Source of the DNA: the human T2T-CHM13v2.0 reference genome, Homo sapiens
Reading direction: 5' to 3'
Length of the DNA stretch: 64,000 bases
Assembly: GCA_009914755.4 (NCBI GenBank)
Contig: CP068257.2
Span: 25,088,001-25,152,000 of the forward strand
Shown: in pieces, positions 1-12,862 of the stretch
Numbering within the stretch: the first letter of the stretch is position 1
Layout: each line of letters begins with the position of its first letter
The notes under the pieces: generated by a model
Database searches by the model: none
The model's input: only the letters and a program-made list of their open reading frames with translations
Told to the model about the DNA's origin: nothing
Position numbers and translations under genes: made by a program

Positions 1-1000
1 TGATAGTTATTCTGTTCATGGAGACTAAAGATAAGACCCCAGTTCCTTTTTGCTTGTAAGGTTTCTCAGAGAAAGAATAGATTTTCCTTTACAGGTTACC
101 TGATGCTTTTGTCTCACTGCTCTTAGAATTCTTTCCTTCATGTTGAATTTAGATAGTCTGAAGAATATATGCATTGGTGGTGTCCTTTTTGCCATGAACG
201 TCCCAGGAGTTCTTTGAGCTTTTTGTATTTGGATGTCTAAATCTCTAGCAAGGTCAGGGAAGTTTCCCTCAATTATTCCTTCAAATAGGATTTCCAAACA
301 TTTTGCTTTTTATTCTCCTTCAGGAAACCAGTGATTCTTAGGTTTGGCTATGTTACATAATCCTATATTTCTTGGAGACATTTTTCACTTCTGATTCTTT
401 TCTTCTTATTTTTGTCTGATTATGTTAATTGAAAAGTCTTTCCTTTGAGTTCTGAAATCTTTTCTTCTACTTGGTGTAGTCTATAGCTAAAATTTTCCAC
501 TGCATTTCATAGTTCCCTAAATGTATCTTTCATTTCCAGAAATTATAATTGGTTTTTCTTAAAATATCTCTTTAGAACATTTTTCATTCATATCCTGAAT
601 TGTATTTTTAAATTTATTTATGTTGGTTTTCACCATTCTCTTGTATTCCCTTGAATAACTTAATAATCAACCTTTTGAATTCTGTGTCGCAGATTTCAAA
701 GATATCATCTTGGTTTGGCTCCACTGTTGGGAGTAAATGTGATATTTGGGGCTGATATAGAACCCGATTTTTTCATATTGCCAGAATCATTTTTCTTGTT
801 CCTTCTCATTTACTTACTTTTTTTCTAATTATTTTTGAATTTACTTTTTATTTGACTGGGTTTTAAATTTTTGTTCCCCCTTGAGGATGAGACTTTAACA
901 TTTATAAGCTGTTGTCATCTACCTTTGGCTGTAGGTGTTTTCAGTGGTGAAGACTTTGTGTGAGTTTTCAGTTGTAGAAAATCTTTGTGTGATGAATTGC
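1..1000 (-). mobile_element. Ancient L1 (L1P/L1M-type) 5' portion: ORF1 C-terminus plus upstream ORF1/5'UTR, cut by the window edge
   Basis: ORF 25..297 (-) reads like the L1 ORF1p C-terminal region (GNFPDLARDLDIQIQKAQRTPG...KERILRAVRQKHQVTCKG). The T-rich plus strand upstream fits antisense L1. The right boundary is uncertain. Confidence 0.65.
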
Positions 1001-1588
1001 TCTGATGAGGATTTAGTAATGATATGCTGGATGTGTGAGCAGATTCACTGTCTCCTGTGGGGCTGAAGTGGCAGAGGTCTCAGGAAGCTTATCTCATTTC
1101 CCAGTGGTGTGCACTTTTATAAATGTTTTCCCCACTGTTTTACTCACTGGGTTGAACAGTTCAGGCTTTGGGCCATTAGGAGGTGCCCATGAGGAAAAAC
1201 TGGCCAAGGATAAAGCAGATGGGTAAGTTCAATACCCCAGTGGTGACCAGAGGTCCCAGCTGGGGAATCTCTCAGTGAAATGCACTGAGGTCTTTTCAGA
1301 AGGAAGGGAGAAAGCCACCATACCTCCCCTTCAGGAAATTCATCCCAGTTACACTCTTGACCCCATGTTCCAGCTACTCAGATTAGACAAGCACCTCTTT
1401 ATCTGCTTCATGTAGACAGGGATGGTGACTCTACGTCTTGTGCAAGCCAAGCCTGAATCAAGGGCGCTCCTACTGTGGGGATGCATCCTGCAGTGTTCCA
1501 GAAAGGCTGTCTACGGATGCACCCATGCTAAGCTCCCATGGGAGACATTCAGCTATGTCTGGAGTGGCAGACGCGGGGGAGAAGAAAT

Positions 1589-2150
1589 CAGTATTAGGGT
1601 TCTCTAAAGAAGCAGAACTAATAGGATATATGTATATAAGAAAGGGAGTTTATTAGGGAGAATTGACCCACATGATCACAAGGTAAAGTCCCATGATAGG
1701 TCATCTGCAAGTTGAGGAGCAAGGAAGCCAGTGGTGGATCAGTCCAAGTCCCAAAACCTCAAAAGTAGGGAAGCCGACAGTGTGGCCTTCAGTCTGTTGT
1801 TGAAGGCCTGAGGGCCCTGGCAAACCACTAGTGTAAGTCTAAGAGTCCAAAAGCAGAACTTGCAGTCTAATGTTTGAGGGAAGGAAGCATCCAGCACAGG
1901 AGAAAGATGAAGACCGGAAGACTCAGCAAGTCAGCTCCTTCCACCTTCTCCTGCCTGCTTTATTCTAGCTGCATTGGCGGCTGATTAGATGGAGCCCACC
2001 TAGATTGAGGGTGGGTCTGCCTCTCCCAGTCCACTAACTCAAAGGTTAATCTCTTATGGCAACACCCTCACAGACACACCCAGGAGCAATAATTTGCTTC
2101 CTTCAGTCCAATCATGTTGACACACAGTATTAACCATCACAAAGTCCCCT
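1589..2150 (-). mobile_element. MaLR-type LTR (MLT1/MST-like), antisense
   Basis: Plus strand begins gtattagggttctctaaagaagcagaactaatagg. This is the reverse complement of the MaLR LTR 3' end (...ggttctgtttctctggagaaccctgactaatacag). Ends near ...taaccatcacaa. A related copy lies at 47745-48195. Confidence 0.55.
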
Positions 2151-3837
2151 TCTCCAAGACTGTTCATGAGCACCAGGGCTGCCTAACCGTTGAGGTAGAC
2201 CCCACAAACTTTCCACACTGAGTCCAGCACTGCTGCTGTGACTGCTGAAAGAAACTTTCCACAGTGAAAAGGTAGGGACCCAAGGCCTGAAGTCTGGTTT
2301 CTTTTGTCCCATGGAATGCTCCCTTAATGTGGTACATTCCCTCTTTTTCTAGGAGTAGCAGTCCCTGAGCACCAGCCTACTGTGACTCCTGCTGCTCCTC
2401 TGGGTCTAACCACCCAGTGGGGCTGCCATACTTTGATGCTGGGAATGTCTACAAGGGATCGAGTGATGTGACCTGTCCTTCAAGTCTCCCAGCACCAGAT
2501 CTGATAGGGGTGAGAGAGGAGTCATGTAGATTCTGTGAGATTCCTTGGTTATAAATAGCCTTAGTGTTGTGGCCTTCACAAATGCCAGCTGTACTGGTCA
2601 TGTAGACAGATTCAACACCTCCTGGTTAGCCAGTGTGACCACAGTCATGTTAGTCTCTATTCAAACTGGGGTTGCACAGAAGTTTTCTCCTTTGTGAGCA
2701 TGATGTTAACGGAACCGGCTGATATTGTATTGGGTTGTGTCATTTAACCTCTAGCCAGGAGGTGGCGCCTGCGAAAGACCACAAGCTGTGATAGCAGCAG
2801 TGGAATTTTTGCTTTTGCTTGCCTTTTGTTACCCAAGGAGGTGCTCTGGTGTTTGAAGTGATGTGTGGGGCCACGGAACTTTCAAATGTCTCTATCCATT
2901 GTGTTACCCTACAAGGACAGGTGGAGAAGCAAAGCCCGGCGGGGGTGGGTCAGGCCGTCTGTGCTCTGGCTTCCCATGTGGAGTCACAAGCAGCTGCCCC
3001 AGTGGAAATCAGAGGTCAGTTCCCCGGCCCCTGGGGTAATGTTCCACAGAGCAGCACAGCTGCTTCTGTTGCACAGAAGAATCCACATGGGGAGTGAAGT
3101 GTAGCAGGTGGCGGTAAGCCCCACTCTGCTCCCACACACTTGGCAAGGCAGGTCTCACATCAGCAGTGTTCTGCTAGCAGCAGCTTGCTGGGTTCCAGGC
3201 AGCCTGCAGTCAGAACTTCAGATTGCCCCAGGCCATAAGCTTTCCTGACCAAGACAGAAACTGGGCTTTCAGGCCACATTCATGAAGCAGAGGCCCTCAG
3301 CTTCTGTGCCTGTGGCTACAGCACACTTCCCAGTTACCCCTCAGTTCTGGCCGATGGGGTTCATCTCCGCTGAAGATTATATCGCAAATCTCAGTTGGGA
3401 GCTTCTCTCAAAATGTGACTGCCACCTGAGTTAGCTGGCAGACTTCTGCGATCTTCCCTGTGAGATAGGGTGAGGAATGGCTTCCCTCTGTCCCTGCTGG
3501 GGCCTGGGAGAACATGCAAAGCTGTCCAAATGCTGCTCCTTCTCATATGTTCCCCACCACCCACTAAATCAGTTCCAATTCTAGATAGAGTTAAGGCCTC
3601 CCCCCGTGGCCTGGATTGCTGGGATCTTCCATGGCAGTGTTTGTCATGGTGGCATTCTCTCCCCCTTCACACTCTGGAGGCTCACAGTTTTCCACCTGGA
3701 CCATGGTATAGGCTGCTGCCCAGCACTTCTTTCAAACGGTCTGTGATTTTATTCAGCTTTTCTAAGTTCCCGTGTTGCTTCTTGGAGAAAAGTTCACAGC
3801 GTGAATCTCTGTATTTTGTCTGTCCACATGGGCTGTC

Positions 3838-3873
3838 TTAAAATTTGTGATGTCATCTCCATATGGGATGAAG
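3838..3873. repeat. 36-bp arm of a perfect inverted repeat (partner at 4870-4906)
   Basis: ttaaaatttgtgatgtcatctccatatgggatgaag is the exact reverse complement of 4870-4906. Confidence 0.85.
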
Positions 3874-3934
3874 CATGGAGGCAGGCTAACAATGCCTCCA
3901 ATTTGCTATGGGGGGGAGAAAACTATTTTTAAAA

Positions 3935-4200
3935 TTTTTAATGAACACATAATTGTACATATTTATGGGGAGCAATGTTATATTTCAACACATGTATACA
4001 TTGTGTAGTTATCAAACCAGGGTATTTGACTGTTCATCACTTCCGATATTTATCACTTCTTTTTGGTGTAAACATACAAAACCCTTTCTTCTGGCTATTG
4101 ATATATACAATGCCTTATTGAGAACCATAGTCAACCTACTGTGAAATAGGACAACAGAATATATTCTTCCTTTGGGTGTTACTTCTTTTTAAAAAAATAT
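3935..4200 (+). mobile_element. L1 3' end fragment (older L1P/L1M)
   Basis: Matches the L1 3' terminus: aattgtacatatttatgggg...catgtatacattgtgta...caaaccagggtatttga...tcacttctttttggtgt...ctggctattgatatatacaatg...ctactgtgaaatagg. A-rich tail at ~4189-4197. Confidence 0.6.
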
Positions 4201-4325
4201 AAGTTGAATTTAATCTTTATTAAAGTCTTGACAGTAGAGCACTTATTAGGGATGCCAACCAGAGCTGGTAACTCTGTGGTAGGGTTTGAGGGAAGGTGTG
4301 AAGCCCCTCTTTCTCAATAATATCT

Positions 4326-4749
4326 GAATCACAGGTTTCACGCGTGTCTGTGTGAAGAGACCACCAAACAGGTTTTGTGTGAGCAACAAGGCTGTTTATT
4401 TCACCTGGGTGCAGGCAGGCTGAATCCAAAAAGAGAGTCAGTGAAGGGAGATAGGGGTGGGGCCGTTTTATAGGATTTGGGTAGGTAAAGGAAAATTACA
4501 GTCAAAGGGGGTTGTTCTTTGGCAGACAGGGGTGGGGGTCACAAGGTGCTCAGTGGGGGAGCTTTTTGAGCCAGGATGAGCCAGGAGAAGGAATTTCACA
4601 AGGTAATGTCATCAGTTAAGGCAGGAACAGGCCATTTTCACTTCTTTTGTGGTGGAATGTCATCCGTTAAGGCAGGAACCGGCCATCTGGATGTGTACGT
4701 GCAGGTCACAGGGGATATGATGGCTTAGCTTGGGCTCAGAGGCCTGACA
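4326..4749 (-). mobile_element. Solo LTR7 (HERV-H LTR)
   Basis: Reverse complement reads TGTCAGGCCTCTGAGCCCAAGCTAAGCCATCATATCCCCTGTGACCTGCAC...CCTATAAAACGGCCCCACCCC...CAGCCTTGTTGCTCACACAAAACCTGTTTGGTGGTCTCTTCACACAGACACGCGTGAAACC. I saw no PBS or PPT, and no HERV-H internal sequence adjoins it. Confidence 0.85.
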
Positions 4750-4869
4750 ACAGGCACTTGAAATTTCCCAATAAGAATCTTTTTTTTTTTTTTGGTCACA
4801 GTCATGTTAGTTTCTATTCAAATTCTTCCTTCTCTATCCTTCCTTCCTGCCCCATCATCCTCCCCATCC

Positions 4870-4906
4870 CTTCATCCCATATGGAGATGACATCACAAAT
4901 TTTAAT
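4870..4906. repeat. Partner arm of the 36-bp perfect inverted repeat
   Basis: cttcatcccatatggagatgacatcacaaattttaa. Identity stops at both ends. Confidence 0.85.
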
Positions 4907-5497
4907 GTACATAGGAATCACTGGGGTGGTTTATTAGGAATGCACGTATCTGGGCCTCAGCTCTAAGGATTCCAGTTCTGTATGGGCTTAGGGTGGGACT
5001 CGGAATCTGCATTTTTACTAGACCTTATTTCACGCTAATGCAGGCTTACATTCTTAGTGGCTTATACAAAAGTATTTTCCAGATACTTTGCAAATCATGA
5101 AAAGTCCAGAACCAGGATATAAGAAATTTAGAAGACTATTGATGAAGACAATGGAATATAATATTAATAGTTGCCATCAACTGACAGCGTAGAATATGCT
5201 TGATGTTTAACGCATGTTAATTTTCATCATTATACCAGTCCTGGAGGATAGGTGCTATTGTCACCATTTTACAATGAGAAAAGAGAGGCTGAAAAGGAAG
5301 AGTAATTGCCCATCTTCTCACACAGTAAATAGTAAGAATGAAATCTGAATCCAAATACAATCCCAAAGTCCTTCCTTTGAGGAAGAGAGGAAGTTTATCT
5401 ACTGACTCTGATAACAATTAGTGACTAAGGCCATTTCTTGAATGAGTAATTCTTAGCCCGTTATAGAACCTACAAGACACCCCAAGTCTAAAAAATG

Positions 5498-5519
5498 TTT
5501 TGTTGTTGTTGTTGTTGTT
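5498..5519. repeat. (TTG)n microsatellite
   Basis: ttgttgttgttgttgttgtt. Confidence 0.9.
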
Positions 5520-5713
5520 TGGTGTGTTTACCTGTGTGAGACAAACTAACAACATAAGCCATGCTTCCTCATTTCTGTTTGGCAGCATGATTTCATAAGC
5601 CCCTATGTGTTGATATGTAGTTTTTTGGAGGGATTCTTTGTAGATAAAATAGGATAGAGTGCAAAGACTTTCATGTCTCTTGCCTGAGTCACTATATTCC
5701 TTAAAAATAAATG

Positions 5714-5968
<255 letters not shown>

Positions 5969-6009
5969 CTATAAGGAGATGTACTCTATAGTCCTCAGTA
6001 AGACTGTAG

Positions 6010-6365
6010 GTTTTTCTCAACTTTTATTTTAGTTTCAGGGTTACATGCGCAGGTTTGTTCTATAGAAAAATTGCATGTCGTGGGGGTTTGATGTACATAT
6101 TATTTCATCACCGAGATAATAAGCATAGTACCCAACGGGTAGTTTTTCAATCCTCAGCTTCCTCCCCGCCTACACCCTCTAGTAGTCCCTGGTGTCTGTG
6201 GTTCCCTTCTTTGTTTCCATGTGTATTCAGTGTTTAGCTCCCACTTATAAATAAGAACATGTGTTATTTAGTTTTCTGTTCCTGCACTAGTTCGCGCAGG
6301 ATAATGGCCTCCAGCTCCATCCATGTTGCTGCAAAGGACATGATCTCATTCTTTTTCTCATTTTC
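6010..6365 (-). mobile_element. L1 (L1PA/PB-type) 3' end fragment
   Basis: Antisense L1 3' terminus: ttttattttagtttcagggttacatgcgcaggtttgttctatag...ataataagcatagtacccaa...gtgtttagctcccacttataaataagaacatgtg...ggataatggcctccagctccatccatgttgctgcaaaggacatgat. Confidence 0.7.
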
Positions 6366-7832
6366 TTTATTTCACTCATTTATCTAATGATTGATGATGT
6401 TGAGCATTTTTCTTTAATTTTTAAAAGCTTGATTTTTTCTTTGTCAATATTCATTTGATATGTGTGATGAAAATGAGACCCTAAACCCCCCAAATAACTG
6501 AATGAAACCCCTGTTTGCCAAGGGGACTGCTGAGAAACCTTAAAAGCTACATCTCCTACCAAAACAGGATGAGAGGTATGACACATCTCATTACAACCCT
6601 TCTCTCAATAACTACCATTGGTCTTTCTTCCTTAAGGGCTAAACAGAAGCAAACCCAGTTGACAGCCTTGCTACGCCACTGATTTCAATCAACTGACTGG
6701 TACTGCAGCCAGACCTGCCTTCCTCCTTGTGGTTTCCACAAGCAGCTGATCAGTTTAACAACACATCCCTTCCTGACTTTTGACTACTGACCACAGACTG
6801 GTTCTGGTCAGTTGACAGAGCACAGGTTTCCTCTTTGTCCTCTATTTCATATTTTTACACATACAGCCCAATTTTAATGCATCTACACATTAAGTCTCTG
6901 CCCCAAAGTGAACATGGGAAATATGGAACATGCATGCTTGTTTAATGTCCACCTGTGAGAATATTCATAGCTCCTTCTACAACCTGTTAAATATGTATAC
7001 TTAGCCAATTCATTCAGCATAAATTTCTGTCTCATCCTTCTTCCTTCAAAGTACCTGTTTTTGGTCTCTAATGGAGGCTACACTTCCCAGCCTGTAGGAT
7101 GACCATCCTGCAGGCTTCAACCCTTTATGAGGAATAAATCTCTCTTCTCCAAATTTATGGATCTTGTGATTCTTCGGTTGACAGATTGTTCTCCAGAGCT
7201 TTCAGTTAAGAAGTTTTGAGCTCCTTCTTATTTTTATTTGACCCCAAGTGAATGTGTTCTTTCTTGGGTTAGTAGAAAAGGCAACTTCCTGTTCTACTGG
7301 GTATAGATTTGATTAAATTGATCTGGGTACTGGACACGTTCTGTTCAGCCACCTCCAATCAACATATAAGCAGCCACTGTGTCTTGCTTAGGCTACTGCT
7401 ATAGCTCCTAAACTAAATTGCTATAATCCACTCTGTGCCCCTCTCGATGCAGCCAGCATGGGGTTTTCAAAATGTAAATGTGATCCTGTTACTATTGCTC
7501 TCTCCAACTCCCTCCCTTTCTCCTGTAGGATTTGTTTTAAATTGCTTTTACGATTAAAAAAATGAAGTTCATTAGTACGGTCTACCAGTCCCTTGGTACC
7601 CCCACCCACATTTTATCCTTTCTGCTGCATGGCTTTATGCCAACCTTAACAACTGCTTCAGCAAACTGTGGCTTCCACTTACATTTCCCATTCCCTTCCC
7701 AGAGCAGGGATTTACACTTGCTTTTGTGGAGGCCTGAGATATGCTTCTTTCCCCTCATTGCTTAGCTACACCCACTTCCTCTGACAGATCCCAATTCATG
7801 CATCACTTCCTTGATTTTGATAACTCAATTGA

Positions 7833-8261
<429 letters not shown>

Positions 8262-8496
8262 TGACCATAAGCTCCTTGGGGCAGGTACAGCATCTGTTTT
8301 CAGTCATCATTCTATCCTGAGCATCCAGAACTGGCATATATTAGATGATTAATATTTATTGAGTATGTGAGTAAATGAAGGAATGAAATTGGTATATATG
8401 AACTTGAACATTATGGATAATAATGGTTAATCATTATATAAATGTACATATGTATAAAATACTACATTTGGGCAGGTTTTAGGGAGTCATCAGCAG

Positions 8497-8690
8497 TACA
8501 TGAGGCCAGTTGCTTCTGAATGGGCAAAGGAATGTCGTGGGTCACTCCTATACTTCTTCACTGTGAAAATGTTTTTCTGATTAATGTCTATGGAGTGTGG
8601 ACTTTCATGGCTGTAAATCAGGTATCCTATAAGCCCCCAGTTAGGAGTGCTGGCTGAACTGCTGCTCAGGAAAGGCAAACCACTCATTTA
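8497..8690 (+). repeat. Copy 1 of an unassigned ~190-230 bp interspersed repeat (homolog at 10613-10810)
   Basis: aggccagttgcttctgaatgggcaaag...cttcactgtgaaaatgttt...ataagcccccagttaggag...ctggctgaactgctgctcaggaaaggcaaacc, about 80% identical to the second copy. Confidence 0.6.
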
Positions 8691-8700
8691 TTACCATGTG

Positions 8701-8806
8701 TTAGGTTGGCACAACAGCAATTGCAGTTTTTGCCATTAAAAGTAATTGCAAAGACCGCAAAAGCTTTTAATGGCAAAACCTGCAATTACTTTTGCAGCAA
8801 CCTAAT
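8701..8806. mobile_element. MADE1 (Hsmar1-derived palindromic MITE), variant with a ~26-bp central duplication
   Basis: ttaggttggcacaacagcaattgcagtttttgccattaaaagtaat...ttttaatggcaaaacctgcaattacttttgcagcaacctaa, followed by TA. Matches the MADE1 consensus TTAGGTTGGTGCAAAAGTAATTGCGG...CCGCAATTACTTTTGCACCAACCTAA. Confidence 0.85.
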
Positions 8807-10029
8807 AGTAAGATGGCAAATTATATACAATATATACTTTGTTTAACATCCTGATATGTTGGCTACATTTTAAAGGTAAATGCTTTCAATGCACCACCTA
8901 TTTCTATATTTCTATGTTTGCATACGCCTAAAGCATATAAATGTATATAAATAAATTTTTACCACAAATCGTTAAGTGAATAATGTACAAAAGGCATAAA
9001 ATTCAAATTTGTTTTTTTCAATACAACGACTAAATTAATTTATACCCAGGTTAGCAGGGGTTCCTTGTGTTTTCTAAATATTCTGTTAATGCTTGTGTTT
9101 AAGAGTGGTATAATAGATGAATATAAGAAGATTTTGTTCTAGGATTTTTGACTTATAAAACTCCCTTCACTTTTATTTGTGGGAAGCCCAGACAGGTCAC
9201 TGGGGTACTGACTCAATACACAGAAATCATCTGAGGCCCATTGCCCATTTCAGTCTTTCATTTGATCCAGCAGTCAATGCAAAGCCACCTCATCAAGAAG
9301 TTATAGAAGCAGTAGCATATCTTATGAAAGTTGCAACTCATTTATTTCTAGGGTCTCTTTTAAAGTTAATGATTTCCCATGCAGACTCTTCTACTGACAA
9401 GCACTCAGTATTTCTCAGCTAATCGCATTCCTTCCCCTTCACACACATTACTATCCATTGCACAACACTCTTTAGAGCCAGCCACTCTCTAGAAGACTGT
9501 AATTGCTTACCTCTCTTAGGAAACTATCCAAGCCCTAAGCCCTACCAGGAGCTATTAGAAATTTCCTTGGCTATTCACAAAATTTGTTTGTTGATGGCTT
9601 AACCTCAAAAGAAAAAGAGATTTTCCAAGCAAGTTATAACAAACCTGAATAGGCTCTTGAAATATGTAAGCCACATCCAGAAATGAAATCAGTTCAAGTA
9701 GCAAAATTAATTGTTCTTGCCCATATCTGCCAGCTAGCAAAAGATAAAAGATCAAATGTTTGTACTAAAAGTAGATATGATTTTGAACTAGTACATGACT
9801 TCAAACACCATAGCACTTCCTAACTGCCACAGAAAATCCTATGAAAACAAATGAAAAATTTTGTATATGCTTCGCTATTACCTAAGGGGATAGACACAAC
9901 AGTAATGGAGTTTAACAAAAATGTTTCAGGATTTTATCCCCAATAGCAGAGATAAATTGGCAGTGATATTGATTCAACATTAGTGGGTAATTTAAAGAGT
10001 ATTTCCAAGGATGTTTGCATGTTTTGCTA

Positions 10030-10392
10030 TCTTAGTCAATGTGGGCTGCTACAATAAAACATCAAAGACTAGGTGGCTTCTAACCAACAGAAACTTATTT
10101 CTCACAGTCCTAGAGTCTGAAAGTGTGAAATCAGGCTGCCAGCATAGTCGGATTCTGGTGAGGGCCTTCCTCTGAGCTTCACTGTTGTCTTCTTGTATCC
10201 TCATATGGTGAAAAGAGGGTGAGTGAGCTCTCTGGGGTGCTTTATACAAGAGCACTAATCCCATTCAAGAGGGCTTCACCCTCATGACATAATCACCTCC
10301 AAAAAGCCCTACCTCCTAGCTACCATCAAAACAAAGGTTAGGATTTCAACATCTGAATTTTGGGAGGACAACAAATGTGCAGTCCATTGCAC
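10030..10392 (+). mobile_element. MaLR-type LTR fragment (MLT1-like)
   Basis: gggctgctacaataaaacatcaaagactaggtggcttctaaccaacagaaacttatttctcacagtcctagag...tggtgagggccttcctctgagcttcac...tatacaagagcactaatcccattcaagagggcttcaccctcatgacataatcacctcc...ggttaggatttcaacatctgaattttgggaggacaacaaatgtgcagtccattgca. Confidence 0.6.
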
Positions 10393-10612
10393 CTACCTAC
10401 CAACAACACAATTCTTACAAGATGGTAGAAGTAAGAAATGAGAGGAACCACATGGGCTATGAGTAATGTTCTGGTAATTGTTTATTTTCAGGATGGATTG
10501 AGGCTTTCCCTGCAGTCTCTGATATAATAGGCACACTTTGTCCTAAAGGATGGCAAAAAGAGTGACTTCTGAGCTGGGGCTTCTGTTGCCCTTCTGGAAG
10601 GCCATTCCAGTA

Positions 10613-10810
10613 TTGCACAAGGCCAGTTGCTTCTGAATGGGCAAAGAAATGTCATGGGCCACTTCTGGACTCCTTCACTATGAAAAGTGTTTCCTGATTG
10701 GTGTCTGTGCTGTATGGAATTTCACAGCTGTAAGTCAGGCATTCTATAAGCCCCCAAATAGGAGCTCTGGCTGAACTTCTGCTCAGGAAAGGCAAACCCA
10801 TAACCCACAG
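10613..10810 (+). repeat. Copy 2 of the unassigned repeat (see 8497-8690)
   Basis: aggccagttgcttctgaatgggcaaagaaatgtcatgggcc...ataagcccccaaataggagctctggctgaacttctgctcaggaaaggcaaaccc. Confidence 0.6.
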
Positions 10811-12078
10811 GTGCCTATCTTGGTAAGAACAAATATTGATCCTCCATAATGGAAAGTGACTTGTTGATTTCCTTTGAGGAACAATGCTATCTCGAGGCTT
10901 TTTGTTGGTTTCCTTTGCGGATCAGTTGGACTCTCAGATGCAGCAGTAGCTACATCCGTGTTGGTCAATGAAAATCCATGTCGTAGGCCCCAAATGCAGC
11001 CTATATGTTTGTCACTATGACCACTCTGGCCATCATACTGTACTGGAGCGGCCGATGACAAAGGCCGGCTGATATCTCCTGGCTAAGTTGTTCTATGTGT
11101 TTGGTTGCTCAGTGCCTTTTCCACGGTGAATGTTTTAGATGATGTTAACACTGAATTCACATGTTGTATGACAATGTCACTCTCATGTGTCAGCCATGGA
11201 CCTCTACCTTAGAATTTCTTGTCTTTGTTCTTCCAGTTCTTTTCCTTCCAAGTCCTTGGCCAGACATCCAGGCCAGTGGCCACTTCAGGGAAATCTATAG
11301 ATATTCTCATCTTGGGCCACTTCTCCTTCCATACAAAGTGAATGACTAAGAGCACTACTCACAGCTCTGCCCATTGGAAAGAATTTCCCCTTTTGCTCTT
11401 TTGCGTGGCCAATCCTATGTGCGTGTAGTGCAGCCACTATCCATGTTGGCCCATGCACTGAGCCAACCCCTCCATCAGCCACTTTTTCCTCATCTTTCAG
11501 CTGTTGGAATGGTACTCTTCATAGAACCATGACTGCAAGCCAGTCGTAAGTGTCCCTCTTACCACCTGTTTACTCAGATCACAGCTGGTACCACTTGTGA
11601 TAGTTCAGGCCCTCCAACAAGCCCCCTCGAAGATTTTACTAGGGGAAATGCCTATGATAAAACATACGGAAGAAGAGCAGGGAGGCTGGGAGAGTCATCA
11701 TACCCCATGCAAGTCTGAGCCTGAAGGAAGGAAAGAGAAAAGGAAGGTTGGATGGAAGCATCACAGACCAGTGTGCAGTCTAATGGAAGTCCAGCAAGAG
11801 ACCACTGGGGAGCCCATGAGGCAGAGTTGCCAGAAGGAGTTCCCTGTATCCTAGGGTCAAAACTGCCTTAGCATCACTGAGTCTATGGGAAGCATGGTGT
11901 TGGCTCAAACATGGTGATGGATTTCAAAGAACAGCCAGGGACCTCAGTCAGTTCCACTGCCTCTAGTTAGAGTTCTGCAAGGTGGATTCTCATGGTCACC
12001 AAAATATCCTTATATAGGCTCCTCCTGATGATTGCCTCATATAATTAACCCAGATTTCAGTCTTATAAAAATGAGCCT

Positions 12079-12454
<376 letters not shown>

Positions 12455-12560
12455 TCACATAGCCCTGCTCTTACAAGGGCTCCGTACTTGAGGTTTAATG
12501 CTTTGGGTTAAATGCTTTGGGTTTAATACTGTGCTGTTGCCATCTTAAAATTCTGAATAA

Positions 12561-12862
<302 letters not shown>

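Noticed and set aside
25-297. L1 ORF1 as an intact gene
   Set aside because: Only the C-terminal ~90 codons are open. The element is old and diverged and is cut by the window edge. It is a fragment with no coding capacity.
3930-4760. Possibility that LTR7 belongs to a full HERV-H provirus
   Set aside because: The sequence on both sides is an L1 3' fragment and an unrelated T-tract. There is no tRNA-His PBS and no polypurine tract, so I call it a solo LTR.
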